Assembly: GCF_009914755.1 (NCBI RefSeq)
Contig: NC_060946.1
Length of the DNA stretch: 64,000 nucleotides
DNA from: the human T2T-CHM13v2.0 reference genome, Homo sapiens
Direction: 5' to 3' (one strand)
The position numbers and the translations under genes are program-made. Of this stretch, positions 1-13,216 are shown piece by piece. The number at the start of each line of letters is the position of its first letter. Within the stretch, counting starts at the first letter, position 1. The notes beneath the pieces were generated by a model. It saw nothing but the letters and a program-made list of their open reading frames with translations. It ran no database searches and was not told where the DNA came from.

Positions 1-1240
1 AAGTAAACATTTCCTTCTTAATTACGAATTCTTCCAGAGATATATGAAGACTCTAATTAATATTACCAAACACTGACAATGAAATGGTAATGAATGGGAA
101 CATGGCAGGAAGCACCCTTGGGGGCCGTTTCTGATCAACATGGTTCCTTGGAATTCTAGCCAGGATCTGGGCAAAGCTGTAAATCCTGGCCACAACATAA
201 TTAAACTAACTAAAGTATTTCTTTACCTTTTTTTTTTTTAAGCATTTGTTAAACAAAGCAAATGTTAATTACAGTTGGAATTTTAACACTAAAATGAACC
301 CTAGTAATTTTTCATTATAACTAGAGATGGTTCCATTAGTTTAGAATTTGTTTGCTAGTGTAAAGTTACAGCAGGGCTATTTAGTAAAACTTCTTTGCAA
401 ACAAGGGTAATTCAGCATTTTACTCTTTAGTATTACTCCAACCATCAAAGTAACATTAAAAAAATTTTAAAGTTAAGGCAACAAAAGCAGTTAAAGCCCA
501 ATTCATGTTTACCTAGGTAAAAAAATTAAAAACTGAAGTCTTATGCCATACGGCAGAGGTATAAATTCTTGCAAAGGGATACTGAGGTTCAAAAGTACTC
601 AACCAAGGGTAGGTTTCACACCTGACTCTCAGGAAGACTGAGTGAGGTACTGGAGGTACGATCTCTGAGTATTCTATCAAATCATGGCTTTAAGCTGTAT
701 TCTTAAAAAACAGGTTCTAAGTGAGGTTGCTGACAGAACCAATTTCCCCTCATTTTCCTAGGCCTACAGGAAGCCATAGGAACCTTGGTGGTTTAGGAGT
801 AATGTTACTGCTAATCAAAACAATTCAAATGGATCAGACTATGGAAAAGAATCTTCCTTCCAATCCAGAAGGAGATGGAGAGAATCTATCTGTAGCGGTT
901 TCCTTCTTTGATAAGTCAAGTCTGACTTTGAAGTTTAAACATGATGAAGTTCTCTGCTTTTCAAGTGGAAGAAAACAGAACAGGGTTGGCAAATACTTTA
1001 CTGAAAACAAAAGGCTCAAGAATATCAGCACTAAGAAAAAACACATGAAGAGTTTTTTTTAAAGCAGATGACTTTAACATGATTATTCTCCTGATTACTT
1101 TATAATAATGGCATTACAGAGAAACCTTTAAAAGATGAACTATTTTAGGATAGATAGGCAATATCCTACTAAACTAACTTGGTAATTCACTAATGACTAC
1201 TCCAAAAGTAGAAAAATTAATTGTGTATCATGGATGTATT

Positions 1241-1285
1241 CCTCTCTCTCTCTCTTACACACACACACGCACACACACACATACA
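1241..1285. repeat. (CT)n(CA)n microsatellite
   Basis: Directly visible. Confidence 0.9.
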
Positions 1286-2173
1286 CTTACTCGAAAGTAT
1301 TTTTGCTGCTTTATTCAACAAAACATATCACAAAATGTGAGAAAAAGAAAATTCAGATATATTTATTTCTATTCCAGATTTCAAAGTGCATAGAAATTTC
1401 AGGCTGAGAAACCGTTTTTTCAGCTTTCACTCTTACTAGCAAATCTAAAGGCTTTTATAAAACATGAGAACAAAGTGCAGTTTGAAACACCAAGGTTTTC
1501 ATTACTGTTTCTTAAGTTTTTCAAAAAGAACAAGGGTGGGAAGGAGGTAGAAGAGACAGGGTTCAGGCGTGGGGAGGGATATGGCGCCACATTTATTAAT
1601 CACATTAAAAACTAAGCATGCCAACATCTGGAGCTAAACAACCAGCAAAATCACCACGTTCAGACTCGTATTGGCTAACTCTATCTATCCCAGCATTCTC
1701 TTGGGACAGCGGTTTGCCCTAGGCTCTACCACAAGCTCGGTGAAGTACACAGCCTCAATTACTAGAGCGTGCAGCCACAACGACCTGGTATTACGGAAAC
1801 AGTCAGTCACCACTTGAGTTAACATTCCATACCCTAACGACTGGCCCCTCCCCAGCCCAAAGAAATAGTCAATCTTGCCCACCCTAGCCCTGGCCCACAC
1901 CACAATGTTAATAATTATAACAAGCAGTAACCCATCTGTTATATCAGAGAAGGGAACAGAGACTCCACTGAGAGATTTAGAGTGAGATGTTAACATTTCT
2001 TCAGCTGACTGCACAAACAAACAAACAAAAAAAGAGGAGAAATAATTCATTTGGAGATATGAAGTCATGAAATAGCTGATGTGTATTGCTTTTAACCATG
2101 CACTGATGCAAAACTGAAGCAACCATTAATAATAAAAATTAAAAAGGACATATGTATTTACACACAATCAGAC

Positions 2174-2205
2174 CTGTTTGATCTGAAGCAGTTTGCAGAT
2201 TCTAT
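2174..2205 (-). CDS. RBFOX2: RBFOX2 32-nt alternative frame-switching exon, IESANCFRSN(R)
   Basis: Acceptor cacacag|ATA, donor CAG|gtctga; peptide recalled from RBFOX2 isoforms with the alternative C-terminus. Confidence 0.88.
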
Positions 2206-4360
2206 CTGTGTGTGATTTGAAATAAAACAAAAAATGGGGATTAGCATGGCCACAGCACACCCTAATGTAGGAGGGCACACACGGACGGCTTTTTGGAACT
2301 CTGATAGCTGGATAAATTTGGCTTGGCTAAGCTTGATTCAGATACACACATGCCCCTTTAAAAAGAATTATTCTTATTCCTTTGCAATTCATTCTGAATG
2401 ATACCTGGTGTCCCCAGTGGGGCTGCCCAGTGCTTCATCGCTCCCCTATTCAACCTGCCTGACACTGGCAATATAATTCAGTCCTGACCCACAGCACTCA
2501 CATGTATGCTCGCCCTCTGTCAACAACCGTATATTCTAATCCACAGCATTCTGCTAAAATATTTCCTGTGTTTAGGAATTTTACTTTTTCACATATCTGT
2601 AACCTATCTCTGACTTCAAGTTCCAGCTTCTTCAAAGGAAAATGCCTTTGAAAAGTTGGCTTTAAGATCCTTTCCAGTGTTTTCTGCAGTTGTTAAAGTC
2701 TCAGTTTTTCATGGCTCAATGTCATCTCCTAGGGCTTTTCTACTCTGCTCTGAGCCAATTTTATCATCAAATTAACTTTATGATGTTGCCACGTTGACCA
2801 CATGATCTTTCGGCACAGTTCTGTAGCTGGGTTTTAAACTAGAGCAAAATACAATAGAATATAATCCCTCCTATATCTGACCTTTATCTGCATATTTATT
2901 AGTTTAATCTCACACTGGCAGACTTTTGCCTTGTCTTGATTTTAACCTAGCTTTTAATTTTATTATATTTTTGTTTTAGGTTTACATTAAAACAGGACTT
3001 TGGTGAGCATGTGATGTCAAGACACCTTCTTTCTACCCGGAAGACAATGACATTATGTGACACTGAGGAGGAGAGTGTGTATTTCAAGACCAGCAGACAA
3101 AATGAAAGCTTGTTACCTACATGTAGTGTATAGATCAATAGAGCAGAGGGTTGGGGGATGGCGGCAGGGGGTGGGTAAGGAATGGCAGGTGTGATGCTGA
3201 AAATCACTACAGCAGAGCAGAGATCTATTCCAACTAGCGTGGGTTTAATGCTGGGCCTCCAGGAATCACTTTATTTATCCTTGGATGAATCTAACTCCCT
3301 CTTTTTCCTCACCACCTCCCCACCCCTGCTAAGAACCATGGTTCTAGGAGATATTATAGAGTTCTTTTGTGGCAAAATGGCATCACTGATTAAATGTGAG
3401 TAACACACAAACTTACAATAATGGTGATACCGTCACTGCTTTTGATTGAGCTCTGTCTCCTTTGAAAAGTACTTATGAAAAAAATTTTAAAGTATTTAAA
3501 TTTTATCTTATTATTGTTTAAAATTGGGGTTAAGGGAAAAAATTGCTATGATCAACCTGATGTCTTCCACCTATTATTTCTATGGTAGATGAGAGACGAT
3601 TTTCAATAATCAAACCTTTCAAACATTATTATTCCACATCTCCCCAAATTAGTTCATTTCCAAAATCTTGCTGGGTAGCCACATAAATAAACTGGATTGT
3701 GAAAAGCCATCGACTATTTTCTTTCTCCTAGCATCCAGCTATCAGCAATCCTTCTAACAAGTATGCTATTATCCAAATGAACTCACTGATCTTCTTAGGT
3801 GAAAGGAGAAGAGGCCAAGGGAAATGCATGTCTCAATGTTTGAGTCCCATATGTCTAGATTTTTAAGGCAACTTCAAACTTATGTAGCAGCACAGTCCAA
3901 TTACAACTGGTATCTCACTACAGGGCCCAATGTGGGATTCAGAAATCCTATTTGTACAGTTCTACTTCCTCTTTTTTCTCTTTTCTAAATTTATAGTAGT
4001 AAGAAAATGTCCCCAACTGCTAAGATCTAAATATAAAAAAACAGTTTAAATACCACAGGTACATGTGACTGACAGATTAAAAGAGGTGGCAGTGATGGGA
4101 CAGTGCATATTACACACCTGGCTGGGATATGTGTCAAGAGGACAGGAGCACTTAATTTTAGAGGAAGTGCCATTATGTACGGAATGTGACTGTGGGCACT
4201 GCTGAGGTAGCAGGGCTTAGATCACACGCTCACAAGTCTTGATTGTCCAAAAAAGCCTCTGTTCCCATCTCTAACGTGGAGCTGGAATGGTTAGTATAAT
4301 TCAATTTTTTCACTGCAATCCACAATCTGATTGATTGGCAGGTCACACTGGCACTCCTAC

Positions 4361-4403
4361 CTGAGGTATTTTAGCGCTAATGATTGGTTCCTGTAAGACT
4401 ATT
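4361..4403 (-). CDS. RBFOX2: RBFOX2 exon M43 (43 nt, muscle-type, mutually exclusive with B40), IVLQEPIISAKIPQ
   Basis: Exactly 43 nt; acceptor ctgttatag|AAT, donor CAG|gtagga; same phase 2-to-0 as B40. Confidence 0.92.
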
Positions 4404-5507
4404 CTATAACAGAACACAGGAAGAGCAGTTCAAAAAACACAGCTGTGGAAGGAAAACAATCATACAAAAAGCCCACTAAGGGGCCCACCAGCCTTTTCTT
4501 TCCTTTGGATGCAAGCATGCTTTTCACAGGAGGTGATTTAGGAGCAGTTTGTTAACCCATTTAAAAAGTGAATTAGGGCGAACTATGCCTTTTCTACTGG
4601 CCAAAAAAGAAGAGGGAGGGCTGGATACATAATCTAGCTGCCACACTCCCAAATCCTATCACGGTAGGTCTTTTTACAAACTAGGAACAGAATTGCTAGA
4701 TCAGTTCTCCAGAGAGGAATGTGCCATAAAAGAAACAGAAAGTAAATGGCTAGCAGGAATCACTGTCTAAGAATGGGACTGTGAAAGGGATTACAAAAAC
4801 CTTGCACAATTAATAGCCTAAATTCATTTAACTTAAGCATAACCAGCAATTTAAAATCTTTTCCCTTGTGTCTTCTCTTCAAGCTCCGATTCGGTGCACT
4901 TTTCATACTAAACTCTCTATTCCTTCTATTTCTAATATGCCTTTCGGAGGAAATAAGAACTAAATGTATGCTGACAGATTTCCACAGATGGGAAATGTAT
5001 GGAGAGAAGCAGAACAAACTCAAGGCAAAAATGATAGTGTTTTGTTGTCTGTGTGTTTTTGAAGAAGTATCCTTTGCTCCCTCACATGTGGAATACAGAA
5101 CACACAGTTTTAAAAGCAACAGTTGTATTAGGCCTAACTCAGTAGTTACCTCATAAAGTATTCTTGCTTTTCATGTAGGGGCATGGATATTATTTCAGCA
5201 CTAGTGACCAACCTTTTTTTCTCTAAGTAACTCTGCTTTAAGATAAGAACTAAGAAATAATAACATTACTATTAATTACTTTCATTAACAAGGGGCCACT
5301 GGTCAAAAAAAATTATTTCAGCAAGATCACTGAATTACTTGTGTTTAGCTCAGCAAGGTAATCCAGTTAGTAGATTAAAAAAAAAAAACCAAGAGTATTT
5401 TATTAACAGGAACAGAAAAATCATCTGTCTCAATAAAATCTTACATTGTAAAGTAAGGAAGTAAGATAACTATTAAAAAATTGGGTTGGTTGACTTAACA
5501 AGTTTGA

Positions 5508-5834
<327 letters not shown>

Positions 5835-5837
5835 TAG

Positions 5838-6138
<301 letters not shown>

Positions 6139-7852
6139 CAAAGTAGGCAAGTCTTAATAAGACATAAATAGGTTGTATTTAAGAAAAATAAATCCTCAAA
6201 TAAGAAACACATTAGAGAAAAAAACTTGATTTAAGAAATAACTCAAATGGAAAATCTTGTTCTAATAGATCAGATTTCAAGAAAACAAGTTAAATAACAA
6301 AGATGAGTTTCATGAGAATATGGACACTAATGTATATGGGAGAATGTACATGCTAACATCATATGTAAGTCTGTGTATTTAGAAATATGTAATCTGGTGT
6401 AAAAGTAGGAGATTCCCCAGTTCTCAAGCTTCACTGTGAACATAGGAAAAAAGATATCTTTCATTACTTGTTGAAAATATTTTGAGGAAAGAGGTGGATT
6501 TTAATTAAAGTACAAAGAGAGGTAATGAAATATGGATTGGTTGGGTTTTATGCCTGACTATTAATAATTTATGTAGTTCTGGGTAAGTCTCTGAGAAATA
6601 TATCTGTAAGTTAGGAGGTTGGACCAAATCATAGCTGAGGTTCCTTCAAGTAGTTATTAAATTAAGGCATACCTTACAGGCCTATGCTAAGTAGTACAGG
6701 TGAGTCACCTGTATTTCGAAGAACTGTATCATCCCATCTCTACTTCCTGCAAAACGCAAAACCTCTGAGTGCATTCTGAAAGTGCATTAACTTTTTTAGG
6801 TTGCTTGTGAATCTCTGGTAGACTGTGGAAACAGTTCACTAAAAAGGACCTCTTATTGATTTTGGAAAGTAAGGGTGGAGAAAGTATTTCTAGACAATTT
6901 TAACCTATCCCCACAGAATCATTTCATGCTGACAAGTTTTTCTTATAAAAATTTTCCCTTGATGACTTGAGCGACTAAATCAAGCTTGCATTCAGAAAAA
7001 GTCCATCTGGAGAGGTCATGATAAAAGACTTCAAAACTCAAAAACTTGTACTTTGTCAATTATATCACTTTGTCCACATTTTAAATAATATGTGACAAAC
7101 CAATCATGGAACTTTAGTGATAGCTAGACAGTTTAAATAATGGAGTCCATATTACTATGGCTAGTAGAGTCAGCAAATCTATGATAGTCAAATAGCTGTA
7201 AGAAGAGTCTGGGTTGCTGATTATGCTACTCATTTCCTCCAATGGCTTTTAAGAACTAAATATCTGGCGTTTTCTCATTACTACACACTCTTTGCTGGCA
7301 TCGGTTCCTTATTTGGCTATCACAAGGTCATGTTCTCTCAAAGTAGGTAAAATAGGAAAATGTACAGTTCAGAAAGCTTATTAACCTCTAAATCACAGCT
7401 CTAATGATCTAAAGAGGGATGTGAAATGAGAAGAAAAGCAGAAAAGGGAAAGAGCTGGTTTAAGGTTAAGCTAGTCCTGTTATTTATGTATGCAAATGAC
7501 ACGACAATAATAAAAGACTTTAAACCTGCTGATCATCTCACAAGTAAATTAATGATCCACAGAACATCTGTGGGTATAGGGAAGGGAAAAGAATATGTCC
7601 AGTAGACTGACCCTTGCAATGATCAGGAAACCCAAAGGCTTAGTTTTTGCACCCAGGGGCAAGCGCAGTGGCAGAGAAGCATGCTTGCATTCTTAAATAT
7701 ATAAATATATATATATATATATCCACAAGGAAAAAGAAAATAAAAATTAAATAAATTAAAAGGAAAAAAACCAAACCAAACCAAAGAAACAGAAAAAAAA
7801 AGGCTGGCTTGTCAGGGGATGGGGTCGAGAAGGCCCCAGTGTGTGTACTTAC

Positions 7853-7892
7853 ATAGAGGTCAGCACCGTAAAATCCGTCCTGGTAAACCACA
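7853..7892 (-). CDS. RBFOX2: RBFOX2 exon B40 (40 nt), VVYQDGFYGADLY
   Basis: Exactly 40 nt; acceptor ttctgcag|TGT, donor TAT|gtaagt; known brain/non-muscle RBFOX exon peptide. Confidence 0.96.
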
Positions 7893-10800
7893 CTGCAGAA
7901 AATCCACACAAAAACAAAAACAAAAAAAACAAAAGAACAGAAACACATTCCGGTTATTGAGGACGGCAGCATGCACATGCGCTCTACACAGGCAGGTGAT
8001 GTATGAATACATAACCTGGGCTTGGGGCCTCGGCAAGTTGGTGAGAAAATGTGAAAGTGCACACGAAGGTTACACAGCTCCAGGACATGCGAGGAGAGGG
8101 AAAGGTGTGCAAAACTAGAATGCGCAACCTGGATATTTGGTAATTAAAGTAGGATTCACACAATAAAAAGCACTCCTAGAAGAGCCTATTATATCTATCC
8201 AAAATCTGCTGGCTTGGAAATAACTTTTTGTATATGGAGTATTTTTAAAAATAAGCTTGCCCTAGGAGGAAGTTTCTTTTTAAAGAGCTTACAAAGTAGG
8301 GTAGGGGTGAAGAGGAGTTTAACATGAAAAACTGAACCCAAAGAATTCCACTAGGGCAGGGCCTGTATGCAAAGTATGTTTTTACATTACGTTTAAGTAT
8401 TTTGTTTTCAGTATTGTAATAATATGTAAATGTTTTTCTGATATCCATACATCACCTGCTTTTTACCCTGCACATTAGACATGCGATAAGATTTGGCTGA
8501 TCACACAAGCATGCAAAGTATTATTATTCAGCATTTTAAGAACCAATGCAACACCTCAGAAAAACAAGTCAATCAATTCTGACCAAAGTAAACAGAGAAA
8601 TGTAATTAAAAAAAAAACACAACCAAAAATACCCACAATGCATTGCTTTCACAAGCAGAGATAATGAGCTAAAGGTTAAGGTGATTGGTCCAAGGTCCAA
8701 GAATTGAAAGGTGCAGTGGGGATCCCAGATAGTAACAATATAATCCAGAGTGGGAAGGAGTAACTGGAAGATTTTAAGGGTTCTTTTTTGACTATAAGAG
8801 TATTCATGGAATTCTGAAAAATACAATTGATAACTGAAGTTCTGGGCTTGACCAAAGATCACCCTGTCTTATTTAAAAGAATACATCTGAGAAGGTAGCT
8901 GGTTAAGAATAGAAGGGTTTATTTTCCTGTTTAGATAATGAATTTGTAGCAAACAGACAATGCATGACTTTAAAAAAAAAAAAAAAACAAAACCTAAGCA
9001 ACACTATATTCTTAAGTATAGATTTCCAACCTTCTGAGGTACCTTTGTGCATACAGACTTATACAGACTTTCCCCAAAACATTATTTTGGGACCAAAGGA
9101 CATGGAATAGCAGTAGAGATAAAAGATAAAACTTTCTTCTTCATCTCTGTGAAGTCAAGATCAGATTGTTTTAATTTAGATGATCTGTTTATTGGTTATT
9201 CAACTAAACAAGCTGGAAATTTTCACCACTACCTTCTCTGTTACAATAAACAAGCTGACAAGTAAAGTCATCAAATCATATTTTTAACTTGAATATGAAA
9301 TAACTTATTTCTTATAGGTAGGTGGAATGTTTCTTAATTCTATTTCCAATGACATTTGGTTGTATTTACAGGATAGCATGGTCACATTTTGGAATGCCCC
9401 AAATATGCTATGCCCTTGTATCACACAAAAGGCAAATCAAACTCATCTCTGATGTTCATTTAGCTAAGTCCCATTCATTTTCATAGTCTCCAGTTGCAGT
9501 TAAAGTCTGATATTAGAAAGTAATCTGCCTCTCAGCTGCATTTTAAGGAAAAAAACAACTTGTTCAAAATGAGAAGGCTGATAAAATGGAAAGCACTGAG
9601 ACCAAGTGGTGATTAATTAAACTTCAAAGATCTTAGTAAGGGGATATAGGCAAAGATTTACAAATAAGCCTTCTATAAAGAAGGGTTGGCATTAAAAACA
9701 CGAATACATTTTACCCTAAGTCAAATAACTTATTGGGAATATTCATCTACGTTCTAGAAGAATCCCAATATTCCCTGTATCAAATGCCACAAGGAGGCTA
9801 GAAACGTAATGATTAATGATGAAATTAGTTTACTAAGCTGAAAAGCAATTCTAGGCCATTCCCATGAAATACTGGACTTATTCCTTGCCATCTTCCATGT
9901 AAACAGGTGGTTTAGTTAATAAAAAGAAAACATGGGAAATCAGTGTTCAATGTAATGCACAGAAATTGATATGATTAGACATAAAGATAAAATATCTTTG
10001 AGCAAATATATACCTGACACAGACTTGGTAGAGAATGGGTTCTCAAGTTTGGTCAATATACTGAAACGACTACATTGAACAGGACTAAATTCAACCACTT
10101 TATAAAGTAATTCAGCAATGTTACAAAATAAGGAAGTCCCATGTTTCTGGTGAGTAGTCTCTCTTTGCAAATATGACAGTAAATTCTCTTGGATTACAAC
10201 GGAAGACATTTCACAAACAATTTTCCTAGTGTGTAAAACTTCCAAAAGGTTCCTTTTAATGTTTCATTTGAGTATTTCTTGATGAAATAATACTGCATAT
10301 TCACTTCTTTAAAGAGATGTCAGAGGTTGAAGGTCAAAGGTCAAGTTGAGAGAAAAAAGGATTAAAATAAAAGTAAGTAATGGCATAAGATGGAGATGAT
10401 GGAATGCATGTGATTTAAATGTCTACAAACTCCAAACAAAAGTTAATTTCTGAAGCAGTTCCCTTCCAGTGTCTTTTGGAGCCTGCCCACTTCAACATAC
10501 CTTGTCTAATAAAAATGTTTTAACTCTGTGGAATGGAGAACTTCTAATGGTACATCCATTTGGTCTATGAATGAATGAATGAATGAATGCTAAATTAGTA
10601 CACCTCAAGGCTAAGCCAATTTTGCTGTCAGAAAAGGACATACAAAGGAGGTTCCTTCCCTTTATATTTTAACTAAGTAGCAGCCAACAAGCTTCTCTGC
10701 TGCTACTTATTCCTCCGTAAGAATACAAAAAAAAATATGTCATATTGACATTATCTGGCAGAGAAAAGGTGAAGAGAAATGTCACATCTTTGATGAGGAA

Positions 10801-11635
10801 GTCCTTGGTACAACTGACTCATGAAAGACCACTCTATAAAAATTTGCATTTTAGGCTGACACTGAGAAACCCCTAAAAACAAAACCTGCCATCTTCACTC
10901 CTTTTCCCCATTCAGTAGCAAAGGATTTATTTGTTGCTATGGAATCATTCCACTGCATGAGACACCCTCCATAAAAAAATCAAACGGTGAAGGATGCTCA
11001 GCTACAGTCGCTGTTTTACCATCATTCAGAAGCCAACTGCAGTTTAATTCTTCCTACTTCTCCCTTTCTCCCTTGATTCAATTGGACTTGGTTCATCTTA
11101 GAATTAACCTCTTTTAATCCGTTTCCTACAAAGAAAGCAAATCCATTGTGGGTAACTAGCTCTGCTGCTCACCACCCAGGCAGTGAAACCAAAGGGGAGG
11201 ACACATGTGACAGCCTCTGCCCCAACACGGGGTGGTGATAAGGAGGTGAACACAGCAGATGCAGGCTTGTACTACAATCTTGAGCTCCTCTTTTGGTTCT
11301 CTGCAGTAATGTTAATCCATATTCGTGCGCTTCTGAGTGAACTTCATGCCAACACACTGCTAGTAAACACAAGACGGTTCTGGCTACTGTCTTAAGCCAT
11401 TACCATGAGGGCTTAAGGTGGCCAAAATGAAGACTTATAATGAATTGACAGTTTGTCACATTCTGATGATGGTATATTTTGTTTTTTGTCATCTAATCTG
11501 TTAATTTGCAAATATTCACTGAATGCCTACTCTGTGACACGGCAACATCCCAGAAGTTATGAAAGGGCCATGGTATTCTTTTTTGGTCCAACTGCTTATT
11601 TTAGAAACATACTGATTTTGGAATCTAACGCTTAC

Positions 11636-11768
11636 CCTGGATAGGCGGGGATGGCTGTTGGAGGTACCGCTCGGACTGCACCATATACTGTCCGCCCTCT
11701 GCCCCTCAAATGGGCTCCTCTGAAAGCGGCTGCCGTGGTGGCTGCAGTAGGGTAAGGGAAGCCAGGAA
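11636..11768 (-). CDS. RBFOX2: RBFOX2 coding exon (133 nt), (I)[43 protein letters not shown](G)
   Basis: Peptide match; acceptor ctttag|TTC, donor AGG|gtaagc; ends in phase 2. Confidence 0.96.
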
Positions 11769-12949
11769 CTAAAGGGAGACCCAAAATATGACAGAAATTT
11801 CAACTTGCATTCAATAGAAGGTGCACAGTCACAACTTGCTATGAACCAATTATAGAAAAGATGGAAAGATACGAACCACACCTTTTTGGAAAAGGTGGCA
11901 TGCATTCAATAAACGTTCTACCCTGGGTCTCTCAGTGGGGAAGAAATGGAAAGAGAGACCCAACATGCAAAAGCAAAAGATTCCATGCCTCATTCATCAC
12001 AAATCTTGAGTGAGCTTCTCTGTTCCTTCTCAATTTCAGCTTTACAATGCAAGCTGCTGAGAAACAGGTCAAGAAGCTCTGAGAATGACTGCCATAATAA
12101 GAGACAGACTTTTAATTACTGTGGGCAGTCTAAATCAGATTGACACAAACTCTTCAACCGGTCAGTTATTAACCTTGCTTCCCAATGTTACTATGTCCAC
12201 ATAATAATTATTACTCAAAAGAACATTCTTTTTATATTTTTACATGGTACCAACCTCTAAGGCACATAATAGTCTTTAGACATTTCATTTCATTAGTCAA
12301 TTTCATTCTTTTATTTAAAACATTTTAATCCACAAATGTAAGGTGAGGGAAACAACTCCTACCCTGTCCTTTAAAGAGGCAGACAATTTCTAGGGGCCTC
12401 ATATCCTTTAAAGAGGCAGACAATTTCTAAGAGCCTATTTTAAGTGTGCTGTCCTCTGGAAAGCATGCAGAGACATTGATTCCATGTCCACTGAATCCTG
12501 TTTAATTATACCTCTTGCTGGAGTAAAATGGCTCAGGTCAAAATGACTTAGAGAGATCAAGAGAGCTGGGAATAATCAATAATACTGGAAGTACTTCTAA
12601 GTGATCCTCTGCTGGAGAACCTGTGGCTGACTCGCAGAGGAAATGTATAATATGCTCTACACATACTTGCTTCTTTTGTTTTCTTTATCGTCAAGTACAG
12701 ACTAAAATATTCTTCATATGCCCTTACCCCCTCTACCTTTTCCAACTATTTCTGCTTTGTGCAATCTTAATATTTGGTCAGGAAAATTCTAGCACAGGTT
12801 AAGCAGGACAGGGCACTGGGATAGTATTTAATATCCCTCTCAAGAAATTTCCATTTCAGTTATGTACTGTACTAGGAAAAAAAAAAACAGTACATGATAG
12901 TTCACTCACAACAGTCAAAATCCATGCCAGGCCAACATAGGCTACTTAC

Positions 12950-13042
12950 TGATTAAAGGAATGTAAGTGTTGATACCCCCTCTTCCTGATAGGGGCACTG
13001 CTGCATCATTGCCTAGGGACACATCTGCTTGAAAGCTGGATG
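12950..13042 (-). CDS. RBFOX2: RBFOX2 coding exon (93 nt), (A)SSFQADVSLGNDAAVPLSGRGGINTYIPLI
   Basis: Peptide match; acceptor aatcag|CAT, donor TCA|gtaagt; follows a 120-nt intron. Confidence 0.95.
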
Positions 13043-13162
13043 CTGATTGGATTTTTAAAAAATTTAAAAATGCAAGAAGATTAAAAAGGAGTCACAAATT
13101 GAAAAACAGCAGATGCTATTACAATTAAATAGCACAAGTGGAAACATTTACTTAAATACTAC

Positions 13163-13216
13163 CTGCATATAACTCCGGACCATATACAGCTCCAACTACT
13201 GGGCTTAATTTCCAAC
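13163..13216 (-). CDS. RBFOX2: RBFOX2 coding exon (54 nt), (G)WKLSPVVGAVYGPELYA
   Basis: Peptide match; acceptor tttcag|GTT, donor CAG|gtagta; phase 1-1. Confidence 0.96.

Noticed and set aside
7640-8062. 140-aa hydrophobic ORF
   Set aside because: B40 exon embedded in U-rich intron; the Phe-richness reflects poly-U tracts
11169-11372. VCWHEVHSEAHEYG resembles B40 VVYQDGFYGADLYG, suggesting a third mutually exclusive exon
   Set aside because: Neither nearby AG puts this frame in phase 2 and there is no GT donor after the Tyr codon
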